A stretch of DNA of 63,894 bases, counting the filler, from Candidatus Tectimicrobiota bacterium (lineage in GTDB: Bacteria > JACPSX01): NCBI GenBank assembly GCA_016193065.1. It is 6 parts of 6 records of this genome, joined end to end, with 100 filler letters (N's around TTAATTAATTAA, not from the genome) between each part and the next. Parts side by side here need not be neighbours in the genome. Positions count along the whole stretch, not along the records: positions 1 to 14,632 come from JACPSX010000204.1; positions 14,733 to 28,836 come from JACPSX010000211.1; 4 more parts are not named here. One strand, written 5' to 3'. Position numbers and translations under genes: made by a program. This document shows, in pieces, positions 10,231 to 21,306 of this stretch (the first letter of the stretch is position 1; each line of letters starts with the position of its first letter). Under the pieces are notes generated by a model. The model had not been told where the DNA came from, did no database searches, and saw only the letters and a program-made list of their open reading frames with translations.

Positions 10231-12100
10231 TTACTCCTCGATCGCACCGGCCACAATATCGGCCACGTCGCGCACCGGGATCGTCTCGCCGGCGGCACGC
10301 GAAGCGTCGCTGAGCATGATCATGCAAAAGGGGCAGCCCACGGCTAAAGTCTTGGCGCCCGCCTCCTGCAGGTTGCGGCTTCGCGGTAGTTCACGAATAT
10401 CCGCTCCGGATTGTTGCAAGATTTGGCGCGGCGCTTCGAAAACCCCGTTGTGCCGGCCCAGGTAGCACGGGTCGTGGAAGGCCACATCCCGCAAGGCCTG
10501 GGGGCGCAGCTTGAGCCTGCCGGTTTCCACCAGTTCGTTGATGAATTGGGTGTGGTGAATCACCTGGTAGTTCCCGCCAAAGGCGGGGTACTCGTTGGAA
10601 ATGGTGTGTAGGCAGTGCGGGCACGTGGTCACAATTCGGGGCGGCTGCGCGGTGTTGAGAGTTTCCACGTTTTCTTGCGCCATCTGCGCAAAGAGGTATT
10701 CGTTGCCGGCCCGGCGGGCGGAATCCCCGGTGCACCGCTCCCGGGTCCCCAACACGGCGAAATTCACGCTGGCCGCGCGCAAAATCCGGACAAACTCCCG
10801 GGCCCCCTTCTGAGCTCTGGCCTCGCTGGCGGGCGCGCATCCCACCCACCACAAGATCTCGGGCTTCGGGTTGGTATCGACCGTGGGCAGATCCAGGTCC
10901 TTTGCCCAGTCCAGCCGCGAGTCCTGCCCGAGACTCCACGGGTTGCTGTTGCGCTCCATGCCTCGAAAAGCGTTTTGTAATTGTTTGGGGAAAACACTTT
11001 CCATCAACACCTGGTTGCGCCGGATGTCCAGAATGTCCAGCATCGGCTCGTTGTTTACCGGACAGATTTCCACGCAGGCGCCGCAGGTGGTGCAGGCCCA
11101 CACGGCTTCTTCCGAGATGGCGAACTCGAGCAGCGCAGCGCCGGACTCGGCGCCTGCCGCCAAACTGGCCGCTTCCTGGTTGATGAAGTAGCGTTTGTTG
11201 ATCTCCAACGCCGATGGGGAAAGTGCCTTCCCGGTGACGTGGGCCGGGCAGACGTCCTGACAGCGGTTGCACATGATGCAGGCATAGGCGTCCAGCAGTA
11301 GCGCCTGGGACAGGTGTTCCAACCGCGCGGCTCCATACTGGGTGATCTTCTCGTCGTCAAAATTAATGGGGTCCAGCGCGCCCATGGACCGGCGTGGCGG
11401 TTTCAACAGGAAATTAAGCGGGGCAAAGAAAATGTGAATGTGCTTGGTGCGCGGGAAGTAGGGGATGAAGACAAGAATGAGGCCGATGGCGAGCCACCAG
11501 GAGACGTGCCGCATCACCACCAGGGTTTGGGTGGAAGCCCCGTTCCATAGACGGCTCAATCCGCCGGCCAGAGGCTGCCAGGCATCGGGCCCGGACTGCG
11601 CGATCTGGAAGCTCTCTCCCAGAAACCGGAAGCCCACGTGGAGCAGGATGAAGCCCGCGACAATCATCGAGTCACGAAAAATTCCGTCCCGGGTCTGAGG
11701 TTGGATTGGAGTGCTCGGTAGGAAGCTGAAGAGGCGTTTCCCACAGCGGAGTCTCCGCACCAGGAGAAATAACATCCCCAGCAAAACCACCACGCTGAGC
11801 AAGTCGGCTCCCAGGCGGTAAAGGTTGCCGATCGTTCCGTTGCCTAGAAAGACAAAATCCGGAAGGAAGCCCTGTAAGACGTCGCCCAGGTTCACCAGGA
11901 CGTAATACGTGAATCCCCAGGCTACGAAGGCGTGAGCCAGGCTGGGCCACAGCCGTGCGTTGAGAACGGTGCGCTGTGTGGTACAGTTCACCGCCGCCGC
12001 GCCGGATGATCCGGCGTATCCGGTCCGCGCCCTGATAGGCCAAGTACAAAGAGAGTCCCGCACCGAGCAGAAAAATCAATTTTTCAAGCCAAGTGAGCAC
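10231..12100 (-). pseudogene. Membrane (Fe-S)-binding CCG-domain oxidoreductase (FadF/HdrD-like), frameshifted and internally deleted as assembled
   Basis: CIMCNRCQDVCP, CTTCGACVEICP, CPHC, FHDPCYLGR, GCPFC. N-terminus (MLTWLEK, RBS AGGAGGT) lies in another frame, with a break at ~11984; the expected CCGxGG is missing at ~10371. Confidence 0.8.
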
Positions 12101-12312
12101 GATCACCTCCTGAAATAAACGGCTCCCCTATCCGGGAAGTGCATCAACAGAAGACCCCCCGCCCACACAGGAATCTGCTTTTGCCTGCGGAGAGGCAAAA
12201 AGTCAAGGGAATTCAAGGCAGGCGAGGAATTCTATTATGGTCGCGTGGGATGTGGTCCGCGAAAAGCCGGGTGATCCCGATCTCGGCGCTCGAGGACGAA
12301 CGCGCTGACCTG

Positions 12313-12768
12313 TTAAGATGGCCTGACAAAATCAACCGAGACTTCGGTTGCCTGCGACTTGGTGCCGGGTGAGGATTCAAGAACTGCATCCGTAATGGCC
12401 CGCACCCATTTTTCCGGTTTGTCGAAGAGGCCCGTCCATGCCAACCTGTACTCCGAGCCGTCGGAGGTCTTGAACAAAAGATGCTTTTTCGCTTCCTTGT
12501 CGTACTGGATCGATGCAAAACTGCCGAGGGGGATCGCAAAAACGATTTTTCGTTTGCTGAGAACGATAAAAAGCCATATCAGCGGCCCCCATGGAAAAAA
12601 CTTGCGTTTCTTGCACGCCACGAATCTCTTCGATGTCAGAATCCCCGTGCATTCCGTGACCGTAGTTTTGCCTTTGAGAAAATTCTTCAGGCCCGGCTCG
12701 CCTTGAATATACGCGACGGAGCCTTTCAGGAGAACTGTTTCACCCGGCTGTCGTTTGAATTTTTCCAT
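12313..12768 (-). CDS. Hypothetical protein, possibly PH-like fold with one TM segment
   Basis: 151-aa AT-richer ORF; G.LTSKRFV pattern and hydrophobic stretch. Confidence 0.6.
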   Translation of the reverse strand: MEKFKRQPGETVLLKGSVAYIQGEPGLKNFLKGKTTVTECTGILTSKRFVACKKRKFFPWGPLIWLFIVLSKRKIVFAIPLGSFASIQYDKEAKKHLLFKTSDGSEYRLAWTGLFDKPEKWVRAITDAVLESSPGTKSQATEVSVDFVRPS

Positions 12769-13120
12769 AAGTTGTTCTTTCTTTAGTAGAGACGAATGAC
12801 TCCGTTCTCATTTCCTTCTTCTTGTGGCGGTAAAGTTCGCGCGGTATTCATCTATGCCCGAGCACTGCATCTCGCCGATAAGTTTAAATGATAAATGATA
12901 AGAACTTGCTTTTAAGGGTTTGCCGCCGTGAGCTCAAATCCGGACTCGGCCTCCCCACTCAGGGGGCCTTGGAGAGCCCAAGCTACGACCGGACTGGCGC
13001 GACGCGGCTGCCCGGCTTCTTCTAAGGCCGGACAGTATTCGATCATGACGTGTTATGTCAACTGAAATCTGGGCCAGAGGCGAGACTGGACATGTACCCC
13101 TGAATTGGGGTAACAGGCTT

Positions 13121-13400
13121 TTAAAGAACCTGGCTGTAGGATGGATCGAAGGTAATCTCTTTTGCTGGGGGATGTCTTCGGGGCGGGGCGTGGGAGGACT
13201 TCCACAGACCCAAGTGTTGAAGGATTTTTTTAATTACATCAGGCTGGTCAATGAAGCTGATGATCCGCATCTCACCTTGGCACTTGGGACAGGTAAGCGG
13301 ATCGGTCTCGTAGACTTTCCTGATAAAGTAGGACCAGCGCTTCTTTAATTCCTTGGATACCGCCGGGGCCTCAATCTTAATGACCTCCGGCTTAGAGCTA
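13121..13400 (-). mobile_element. IS91-family transposase 3' remnant
   Basis: WSYFIRKVYETDPLTCPKCQGEMRIISFI...KKILQHLGLW is the typical C-terminal Zn ribbon; no 5' part. Confidence 0.75.
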
Positions 13401-13412
13401 ATCTCCGTTTCT

Positions 13413-13625
13413 TTAGTCCTGCAGCGTGCGGGACTCGGGCACGCCGGTGAGGCAGAACTCGGGGAAGACCACCAGCCGGGTCTCGAATCGGGCCTCGGCG
13501 CCGGCGAACTCCAGCAGGTCAACGGCCCGCGCGACGTTGCGCTGGATCACCTCGTCGCGATCGGATGGCCCGGTGACCACGTGGGTCTCGGCCTGGACGC
13601 ACATCACGCCATAGATGTCGGGCAT
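13413..13625 (-). pseudogene. Carbon-nitrogen hydrolase (nitrilase family) N-terminal fragment
   Basis: RBS AAGGAGG; RLVVFPEF motif; stops after 70 aa next to the IS91 remnant. Confidence 0.7.
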
Positions 13626-13744
13626 GGGCTCCCTCCTTGCGCGGCTTGGACCGCGCACGATTATACACGAGATTGACCTCAAGACGGGGGGGCTGTGTAC
13701 TATGGCTGTCACGTGAGGACATCTGGAGGAGGTGTGATCAGGCC

Positions 13745-13933
13745 ATGAATGCAGAGGCTGAAAAGCTGCTCGCAGACGCTCTCCGGCTCCCCCCGCAGGC
13801 CCGGGCGGCATTGGCGGCCCGGCTTATTGAGGGCCTGGACACAGAGGTAGACGAGGACGCCGAGGCAGCTTGGTGCGCTGAGATCGCGCGGCGGCTGGAC
13901 GCCGTCGCGAACCTGGTCAGCCAATGTCACTGA
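13745..13933 (+). pseudogene. Putative addiction-module antitoxin, C-terminally truncated, toxin absent
   Basis: ALRLPPQARAALAARLIEGLD...EAAWCAEIARR; RBS GGAGGAGGT. Confidence 0.7.
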
Positions 13934-14412
13934 GGCTCCGGCTGCGGCCCCTCATCATCCTCGTTGTCGTGGTCGCGGGCGCTCTCGGCCCGTGGCCCCC
14001 GCCGCCCGCCGCAGCTCAGGGCTCTCCCGAGGTGACTGAAATCCTCGGTGTCGGCGTCCTGGAGTGGCACGCGCGAGCGCGGTTCGTGAAAGCGGGGGTC
14101 GCAAGGCGGTGGATGGACGCGGGGAGGCACATGTTCACGCTCCCCTTCCTGGCCGGCGTCGAAGGCTTGGGGGAGAACGACATTATCCTGTACGGCGTCG
14201 AGCTGAAGGTTGTCCATGTCCGTGCGGTTCCGTCCGGGGGTAGTTCGTCGCAGCTCGCATGGTCCGGCTGGGACGCGTGTCGCCAGGCCTGGGTGCCGGC
14301 GAAGGTCGACGTCAGGCGAAATCCGAGGGTGATCTCGATCAGCTACCCTGTCACCGAGAAACCGTCCTGCGTCGACGCGGGCGAGCATCTCGAGTGGGTG
14401 CTGACCCCGTGA
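13924..14412 (+). CDS. Hypothetical exported protein
   Basis: Signal-peptide-like N-terminus ending AAA-Q. Confidence 0.5.
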   Translation: MSLRLRLRPLIILVVVVAGALGPWPPPPAAAQGSPEVTEILGVGVLEWHARARFVKAGVARRWMDAGRHMFTLPFLAGVEGLGENDIILYGVELKVVHVRAVPSGGSSSQLAWSGWDACRQAWVPAKVDVRRNPRVISISYPVTEKPSCVDAGEHLEWVLTP

Positions 14413-14450
14413 CCGCCCCGCTCGCCCTCGCTCAGCATGGAGCCCATCCC

Positions 14451-14632
14451 TCATTGCTCGGTTGGCGGATAGACGTGCTCGAAGACCACCGCCTGCGCAT
14501 CTCTCCGTGGCACCACGCGCACGTGATATGGCGTGGTGAAGGCCTGCGTCACGAACTCCCCAGGCTGCGGCCTCCGTTCGCGGTACCGGACATACAGGAC
14601 TCCCTCCCGCTCCTGGACGCTGAGGATGGTCA
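14451..14632 (-). CDS. PrcB C-terminal-domain protein, partial
   Basis: TILSVQEREGVLYVRYRERRPQPGEFVTQAFTTPYHVRVVP; not in ORF track. Confidence 0.6.
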
Positions 14633-14732
14633 NNNNNNNNNNNNNNNNNNNNNNNNNNNNNNNNNNNNNNNNNNNNTTAATTAATTAANNNNNNNNNNNN
14701 NNNNNNNNNNNNNNNNNNNNNNNNNNNNNNNN
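14633..14732. other. Contig linker
   Basis: N-run, TTAATTAATTAA (stops in all frames), N-run. Confidence 0.99.
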
Positions 14733-15000
14733 CATGGCGGCGCTGAACTGCGTCGACTATGTGACCCTTTTTTCGGAGCTGACCCCCGAGCGCTTGATTG
14801 CTGATCTCAAGCCTGACGTGCTGGCCAAGGGGGCGGACTATACTCGGGAACAGGTCGTGGGCCGCGACATCGTGGAAGCTTACGGAGGAGTCGTCGAACT
14901 CATTCCCCTGGTGGAGGGACGTTCCACCAGCGGTCTGGTCCAGGCCATCGTCGAGAGGTACAATAATTCCAGCAAAGGCTCGGGGGCAGCGAACCACTAG
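14733..15000 (+). CDS. Heptose-1-phosphate adenylyltransferase (RfaE2/HldE C-terminus), partial
   Basis: VDYVTLFSELTP..LI..KPDVLAKGADY...EGRSTS. Confidence 0.85.
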
Positions 15001-15992
15001 TGGGAAAAGAAGCCGGAAAATTCTCCTCTCAGTTTGTCGATCTCTCCAAGGTAAAGACCTATCCCCTGGCGGAGCGCAAAAGCCTGGTGCGCCGCCAGGA
15101 CCTGGCTCCGGCAGTACGCTGGCGGGAGGTGGACAGCCTTGCTTTCCTCTTCCCGCAGATTTTAAAGGGGAAGGACCTGAGGGAAGTCCGGGAGGCTATC
15201 GTCTCCGCGGTTGCCGGGGGAAAGCCGGTTCTGTGGGGATTGGGGGCCCATGTGATTAAGTGCGGGTTGAGCCCGCTGATCATCGATCTCATGGAGCACG
15301 GGGCGGTGAGCTGCCTGGCCATGAACGGGGCCGGGGCCGTGCACGATTTCGAAATGGCTTTTCTGGGCCAGACCTCGGAAGACGTGGCCGCGGAGCTGGA
15401 AAGCGGCCGCTTCGGGATGGCCCAGGAGACCGGGGCTTTTCTCAATAATGCCTGGAAACGCTACGTGGGAGAGGGTGTGGGTCTGGGGGAGGCCATGGGC
15501 CGGGCCCTGTCGGAACGTCCTCTTCCGCACGGGGAGTTGAGCCTGGTGGGGAACGCCTATCGGCTGGGGATTCCGGTGACCCTCCACGTCGCTTTGGGAA
15601 CCGACATCGTGCACATGCATCCCGGCGCTGACGGAGCCGCCATTGGTTTGGGAACCATGAACGATTTCCGGCTGTTCACCGGGGTTCTCTCCGGCATGGG
15701 GGACGGCGGGGTTTATCTCAACGTGGGCTCCGCGGTGGTTCTCCCGGAGGTGTTCTTGAAGGCCGTGAGCCTGGCCCGCAATCTCGGGTATCCGGTGCGA
15801 AATTTCACCACGGTAAACCTGGATATGATCTCTCATTACCGTCCCCAGACCAACGTGGTCCAGCGCCCGACCAGCGCAGGTGGAAAGGGGTACTCCCTGA
15901 TCGGTCATCACGAGATCATGATCCCGCTCCTCTACCAGCTTGTGGTTGAAGGACTGGAAAGGGTACGGGGATCCGGAGGCCCGGACCTGTGA
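15000..15992 (+). CDS. Conserved protein of the deoxyhypusine-synthase-like fold, function unknown
   Basis: GLGAHVIKCGLS, MNGAGAVHDFE, GTDIVHMHP, GSAVVLPEVFLK, GHHE. Confidence 0.7.
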   Translation: MGKEAGKFSSQFVDLSKVKTYPLAERKSLVRRQDLAPAVRWREVDSLAFLFPQILKGKDLREVREAIVSAVAGGKPVLWGLGAHVIKCGLSPLIIDLMEHGAVSCLAMNGAGAVHDFEMAFLGQTSEDVAAELESGRFGMAQETGAFLNNAWKRYVGEGVGLGEAMGRALSERPLPHGELSLVGNAYRLGIPVTLHVALGTDIVHMHPGADGAAIGLGTMNDFRLFTGVLSGMGDGGVYLNVGSAVVLPEVFLKAVSLARNLGYPVRNFTTVNLDMISHYRPQTNVVQRPTSAGGKGYSLIGHHEIMIPLLYQLVVEGLERVRGSGGPDL

Positions 15993-17293
15993 TACCCCGC
16001 TACAGCCGGCCCGCCATGACCAGCATCTGGTCCGATGAGAACAAGTACAGGAAGTGGCTGGAGGTCGAGATCCTGTGCTGCGAAGCCTGGTCCCGCCTGG
16101 GTGTGGTTCCCGCCGAGGCCGTGGAGCGGATCCGCCATCGGGCGCGCTTCGACCCCGGGCGGATTGATGAAATCGAGAAAACCGTAAGGCATGATGTTAT
16201 TGCATTTTTAACGAATGTGGCGGAATCAGTTGGAGAAGATTCCCGCTTCATTCATATAGGACTTACTTCCTCCGACCTCCTGGACACGACGTTGGCCCTG
16301 CAACTCCGGGAGGCCGCTGATTTGATCCTGGAGGATCTGGCGCGCCTGGAGGAGGTGCTCGAGCGCCGCGCCCGGGAATACAAGCTCACGCCCGTGATCG
16401 GCAGGACCCACGGAATTCACGCCGAGCCTACGACGTTCGGCCTGAAACTGGCCCTCTGGTATGCCGATGCCGGGCGCAGCCGGGAGCGCATGGCGCGGGC
16501 CCGGGGGGTGATCAACTACGGGAAGATCTCCGGGGCCGTGGGCACCTTTGCCCACGTGCCGCCGGCCGTTGAGGAGTACGTGTGCCAGCGTCTGGGGCTG
16601 CAGCCGGCTCCCATCTCGACACAGATCATTCAGCGCGACCGGCACGCGGAATTTCTCGCCATGCTGGCCCTGGTGGGCGGCATGGTGGAGAAGGTCGCCA
16701 CCGAGGTCCGACACTTACAGCGCACGGAGGTCCTGGAAGCGGAAGAGTTTTTCGCGGAAGGGCAGAAGGGTTCCTCGGCCATGCCCCACAAACGGAATCC
16801 GGTCGGTGCCGAGCAGCTCTGTGGCTTGGCTCGCCTGGTGCGGGGCTACGTGGTTCCCGCTCTGGAAAACGTTCCCCTCTGGCACGAGCGTGACATCAGC
16901 CATTCTTCCGTGGAGCGGCTGATCCTGCCGGACAGCACGATTGCCGTGGACTACATGCTCTGGCGCCTCGCCGGAATCCTGGACCAGCTTCTGGTTTACC
17001 CCGAGCGCATGGCCGGAAATCTGGTCCGCAGTCAGGGGCTGTTCTTTTCCCAGCGCGTGCTGCTGGCCCTGACTCAGAAGGGATTGTCCCGGGAGGAAGC
17101 CTACGGGCTCGTGCAAAGCTGCGCCATGGCGGCCTGGAGAGGGGAGGGGGAATTCAAGGTTCTGCTCAAGAGAGAACCCGGGATCAGCCGCCACCTCTCG
17201 CAGGAGGAAATCGAGGACTGTTTTTCCATGGAGTTTTTCCTGCGTCATGTGGATACCATCTTTCAACGAGTCTTCGGGGGGAAGGAGAGCTAG
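15989..17293 (+). CDS. purB: Adenylosuccinate lyase
   Basis: MIPRYSRP, RHDVIAF, GRTHGIHAEP, GSSAMPHKRNP. Confidence 0.98.
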   Translation: MIPRYSRPAMTSIWSDENKYRKWLEVEILCCEAWSRLGVVPAEAVERIRHRARFDPGRIDEIEKTVRHDVIAFLTNVAESVGEDSRFIHIGLTSSDLLDTTLALQLREAADLILEDLARLEEVLERRAREYKLTPVIGRTHGIHAEPTTFGLKLALWYADAGRSRERMARARGVINYGKISGAVGTFAHVPPAVEEYVCQRLGLQPAPISTQIIQRDRHAEFLAMLALVGGMVEKVATEVRHLQRTEVLEAEEFFAEGQKGSSAMPHKRNPVGAEQLCGLARLVRGYVVPALENVPLWHERDISHSSVERLILPDSTIAVDYMLWRLAGILDQLLVYPERMAGNLVRSQGLFFSQRVLLALTQKGLSREEAYGLVQSCAMAAWRGEGEFKVLLKREPGISRHLSQEEIEDCFSMEFFLRHVDTIFQRVFGGKES

Positions 17294-17294
17294 G

Positions 17295-18002
17295 GTGGAA
17301 AAGAGGCAGAAGATCTATGAGGGCAAGGCGAAAATCCTCTACACTACGGACGATCCGGATCGAATCATCCAGTACTTCAAAGATGACGCCACGGCGTTCA
17401 ACGCCCAGAAGAAAGGGACCATCCAGGAAAAGGGGATCCTCAACAACCGGATCTCATCCCGGCTTTTTACCTATCTGGAAGAGCGGGGGATCCGCACCCA
17501 CTTCATGCGTCAGTTAAGCGACCGGGAAATGCTGGTGAAAACTCTGCAAATCGTACCCGTGGAGGTGGTGGTGCGAAACATCATTGCCGGCAGCCTGGCC
17601 CAGCGCATGGGGATGCCGGAAGGAGGAGACCTGAAACTCCCGGTGCTGGAATTTTATTACAAGAAGGATGAGCTGGGCGATCCCATGATCAACGAGAGCC
17701 ACATTGCCGCCTTCGATCTGGCCAAGCCCCAAGAGATCTCCGTGATCCGGGAGGTTGCCCTGGCAGTGAACCGGCACCTCACCGCATTTTTTGAGGAAAG
17801 GGGGATCCTCCTGGTGGACTTCAAGCTTGAGTTCGGCCGTCATAAGGGCGAGATTCTTCTGGGAGACGAGATCACCCCGGATGGATGCCGGCTGTGGGAC
17901 CGGGTCACGCGGGAGAAAATGGACAAGGACCGTTTCCGGCGGGATCTCGGCAAAGTGGAAGAAGCCTATCAGGAGGTCTACCGGCGGGTATGTCAGTCGT
18001 GA
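17295..18002 (+). CDS. purC: SAICAR synthetase
   Basis: YEGKAK, FKDDATAFN, LVDFKLEFG, DEITPDGCRLWD, DKDRFR. Confidence 0.98.
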   Translation: MEKRQKIYEGKAKILYTTDDPDRIIQYFKDDATAFNAQKKGTIQEKGILNNRISSRLFTYLEERGIRTHFMRQLSDREMLVKTLQIVPVEVVVRNIIAGSLAQRMGMPEGGDLKLPVLEFYYKKDELGDPMINESHIAAFDLAKPQEISVIREVALAVNRHLTAFFEERGILLVDFKLEFGRHKGEILLGDEITPDGCRLWDRVTREKMDKDRFRRDLGKVEEAYQEVYRRVCQS

Positions 18003-18012
18003 AACGGAGACA

Positions 18013-18309
18013 ATGATGAGGGCCAGGGTCTTTGTCACGCTGAAGCGGTCCGTGCTGGACCCCCAGGGAAAGGCGATCCAGGGGGCTCTGGAGACACTGG
18101 GATATCCGGAGGTGGAGGAGGTTCGGGTCGGCAAGGTCATCGAGATCACCCTGAAGGATGGGGAGAGGTCGGCGGCTCGGGCCCGTCTCGAGGAGATGTG
18201 CCGGAGGCTGCTGGCAAATCCCGTAATCGAGGATTACCGGGTGGAATTCGAAGCAGAACCGTCGGGCGCCCGTGAGACGGAGCCGACAAGCGCCAAGGAT
18301 CCCGCATGA
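18013..18309 (+). CDS. purS: FGAM synthase subunit PurS
   Basis: [23 protein letters not shown]. Confidence 0.96.
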   Translation: MMRARVFVTLKRSVLDPQGKAIQGALETLGYPEVEEVRVGKVIEITLKDGERSAARARLEEMCRRLLANPVIEDYRVEFEAEPSGARETEPTSAKDPA

Positions 18310-19022
18310 AGTTTGGAATCGTCGTCTTCCCCGGATCGAACTGCGATCACGATGCCTACCGCGCCATACGGGAAGGCCTGGGAGAAGAGGCCCGGTTTCT
18401 CTGGCACAAAGATCAGTCCCTCGGAGACGTGGACTGCCTGATATTACCCGGAGGGTTTTCGTACGGGGACTATCTGCGAGCCGGCGCCATTGCGCGGTTT
18501 TCTCCCATTATGGGCGCTGTCACTGAATTTGCCCGGCGAGGAGGACTGGTTCTGGGCATCTGCAACGGTTTCCAGATCCTTCTTGAAGCGGGCCTGTTGC
18601 CGGGTGCCATGCTGCGCAACCGGGCCCTCAAGTTTGTGTGCCGCTTCGTTTCTTTGCGGGTGGAGAACCGTAACACCCCTTTTACCCACCTGTGCCGCCC
18701 CGGCCAGATACTCAAGCTGCCGGTGAAACACGGGGAAGGCAACTATTTTGCGGACCCCGACACGTTGCGGCTTCTCCAGGAAAGGGACCTCGTGGTCTTG
18801 CGGTATTGCACGCCGTCCGGGGAAATCACCGTGGATGCGAACCCCAATGGGGCGCTGAAGAACATCGCCGGGGTGTGCAATGAGGCCGGCAATGTCTTCG
18901 GGCTCATGCCCCACCCCGAGAATGCTTCCGCCGAGATTCTCGGTTCGGTCGATGGCCTCTTCATTTTCCGATCGATCGTCTCCAGCCTTAAAAAGAGAAG
19001 CGATGGATATCAGGTCGCCTGA
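18306..19022 (+). CDS. purQ: FGAM synthase glutaminase PurQ
   Basis: [31 protein letters not shown]. Confidence 0.98.
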   Translation: MKFGIVVFPGSNCDHDAYRAIREGLGEEARFLWHKDQSLGDVDCLILPGGFSYGDYLRAGAIARFSPIMGAVTEFARRGGLVLGICNGFQILLEAGLLPGAMLRNRALKFVCRFVSLRVENRNTPFTHLCRPGQILKLPVKHGEGNYFADPDTLRLLQERDLVVLRYCTPSGEITVDANPNGALKNIAGVCNEAGNVFGLMPHPENASAEILGSVDGLFIFRSIVSSLKKRSDGYQVA

Positions 19023-21306
19023 GGAACCGGCCAGCGTCGAGAGGACAGTGTCGATGACGCCGGAACTCATCGCAGCCCACGGGCTCACGGCGGAGGAGTA
19101 CCGCATCCTGCGGGAGATTCTGGGCCGGGAGCCCACATTGACGGAGCTCGGGATCTTTTCCGTCATGTGGAGCGAGCACTGCAGCTACAAGAGTTCCCGG
19201 ATCTACTTAAAAGAGCTCCCCACCCAGGGGTCAAACATCCTCCAGGGCCCGGGGGAAAATGCCGGGGTCGTTGATATCGGAGAGGGTCTGGTGGCCGTCT
19301 TCAAGATCGAAAGTCACAACCATCCTTCGTTCATCGAGCCCTACCAGGGAGCCGCCACGGGAGTGGGGGGGATCCTGCGCGATATTTTCACGATGGGCGC
19401 CCGACCGCTGGCTCTGATGGATTCCTTGCGCTTTGGTCCCCTGGAAGAGCCGCGTAACCGCTACCTCTTGAGCGGAGTCGTGGCGGGAATTGGAGGGTAC
19501 GGCAACTGCATTGGGGTCCCCACCGTGGGAGGGGAAACTTATTTCGCGGACTGTTACAGCCATAATCCTCTGGTCAATGTGTTCAATCTGGGAATCGCGC
19601 GGCGAGACCGGATTTTTACAGCCCGAGCCGCCGGTGTCGGCAACCCGGTGATCTATGTGGGCTCGAAAACCGGACGCGATGGAATCCACGGCGCCACCAT
19701 GGCCTCCGAGTCCTTTCATGAGGGTTCCGAGGAGCGCCGTCCGACCGTGCAGGTAGGAGACCCCTTCACAGAGAAGCTTCTTCTCGAAGCGTGCCTGGAG
19801 ATCATGAAGACGGACGCCCTGGTGGGGATTCAAGACATGGGGGCGGCCGGGCTCACCTGCTCCACCGTGGAGATGGCTGCACGGGGCGAGGTGGGAATCG
19901 AGATCGATGTAGCCCGCGTCCCGCAGCGCGAAGAGGGGATGTCCTCCTACGAGATCATGCTTTCGGAGTCCCAGGAGCGCATGCTCCTGGTCGCCAAGGA
20001 AGGCAGGGAAGAAGAAGTCCTCTCCCTCTTTTCCCGCTGGGATCTCGATGCGGTCGTCATTGGCCGCGTGACCGAGGAGCCCAAGTTGACGGTCCGGGAT
20101 CGGGGCCGGGTAGTGGCTCAAATTCCCGTCGCGGCCCTCACCGAGGATGCTCCCTTGTACCGCCGGCCCGTCTCCCGACCCGGGTGGCTCGATGAGCTGG
20201 GCCATCTGGATCTCCAGGAAATTCCCGATCTCCGTGACGGGAACGAAAGCCTGCTGCGCATCGTGGCTTCTCCCAACATCGCAAGTAAGGCCTGGATCTA
20301 TGAACAGTACGATTATCTGGTGAGGCTGAACTCCCTCGTACTACCCGGCGCCGACGCGGCTGTCATTCGGGTTCCAGGAACCTCGAAAGCGCTGGCCATG
20401 AGCCTGGACGGCAACGGGCGCTTCTGCTACTTGAATCCGCGCCAGGGAGCCATGCTGGCGGTGGCGGAAGGGGCCCGCAACGTCGTATGCGCCGGTGCCA
20501 AACCCCTGGCCATCAGCAACTGCCTCAACTTCGGCAATCCGGAGAACCCGGAAATCATGTGGCAGTTCGCCGAGGCGGTGCGGGGCATGGGGGACGCCTG
20601 CCGCCTCCTGGGCACCCCGGTGACCGGAGGAAATGTGAGCTTCTACAACGAGACGGAAGGGAACGGAATTTATCCCACTGTCGTGATCGCCATGGTGGGC
20701 TTGCTAGACGATCAGACTCGGGTCCTGACGCCATGGTTTCAAAACGACGGAGATGAGATCTTCCTGCTCGGGCCTTTTCGGGAGGAACTGGGAGGAAGTG
20801 AATATTTGAACCTCTTTCACCACCTGGTTGCCGGCCAGGTTCCGTCTATCGATCTGGAGATGGAGAAAAAGGTTCAGGGAGTTTGCCTCCAGACCCACCA
20901 GGCCGGCTGGCTCCTCTCCGCCCACGATTGCGCCGAAGGTGGGCTGGCGGTAGCTCTGGCCGAGTGCTGCATCGGCGGACCCGGTGAACCCCGGGGGGCC
21001 CGGATTCACCTTGAAGGCGGGCAGCGGTTGGACGGTGTTTTGTACGGCGAAACTCCCTCCCGTCTGGTCCTGACCACGCCTCCGCAGCGCTCCCCGGAAA
21101 TTGAGGCACTGGCCCGCCACCAGGGGGTCCCTTGTCTCCGTCTGGGAACCGTCGGGGGAACCTCTTTACAGATCAGGGTCCAGGGGCGCAAGGGAGCCAT
21201 CAACTTGCCCGTTGCCGAAATCCGGCGCGCCTGGCAAAATGGTATCCATCAGTATTTTGAGGAACAGTCGATCCGCGATGGCTTGCGGGGGAGGATCCAT
21301 GGCTGA
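19003..21306 (+). CDS. purL: FGAM synthase PurL
   Basis: [40 protein letters not shown]. Confidence 0.98.
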   Translation: MDIRSPEEPASVERTVSMTPELIAAHGLTAEEYRILREILGREPTLTELGIFSVMWSEHCSYKSSRIYLKELPTQGSNILQGPGENAGVVDIGEGLVAVFKIESHNHPSFIEPYQGAATGVGGILRDIFTMGARPLALMDSLRFGPLEEPRNRYLLSGVVAGIGGYGNCIGVPTVGGETYFADCYSHNPLVNVFNLGIARRDRIFTARAAGVGNPVIYVGSKTGRDGIHGATMASESFHEGSEERRPTVQVGDPFTEKLLLEACLEIMKTDALVGIQDMGAAGLTCSTVEMAARGEVGIEIDVARVPQREEGMSSYEIMLSESQERMLLVAKEGREEEVLSLFSRWDLDAVVIGRVTEEPKLTVRDRGRVVAQIPVAALTEDAPLYRRPVSRPGWLDELGHLDLQEIPDLRDGNESLLRIVASPNIASKAWIYEQYDYLVRLNSLVLPGADAAVIRVPGTSKALAMSLDGNGRFCYLNPRQGAMLAVAEGARNVVCAGAKPLAISNCLNFGNPENPEIMWQFAEAVRGMGDACRLLGTPVTGGNVSFYNETEGNGIYPTVVIAMVGLLDDQTRVLTPWFQNDGDEIFLLGPFREELGGSEYLNLFHHLVAGQVPSIDLEMEKKVQGVCLQTHQAGWLLSAHDCAEGGLAVALAECCIGGPGEPRGARIHLEGGQRLDGVLYGETPSRLVLTTPPQRSPEIEALARHQGVPCLRLGTVGGTSLQIRVQGRKGAINLPVAEIRRAWQNGIHQYFEEQSIRDGLRGRIHG

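Noticed and set aside
12876-12905. Fur-box-like AATGATAAATGATAAG
   Set aside because: Partial match in AT-rich DNA with no iron-related gene adjacent.
14633-14732. TTAATTAATTAA palindromes in N runs (five copies)
   Set aside because: Artificial contig linkers; no gene linkage was inferred across them.
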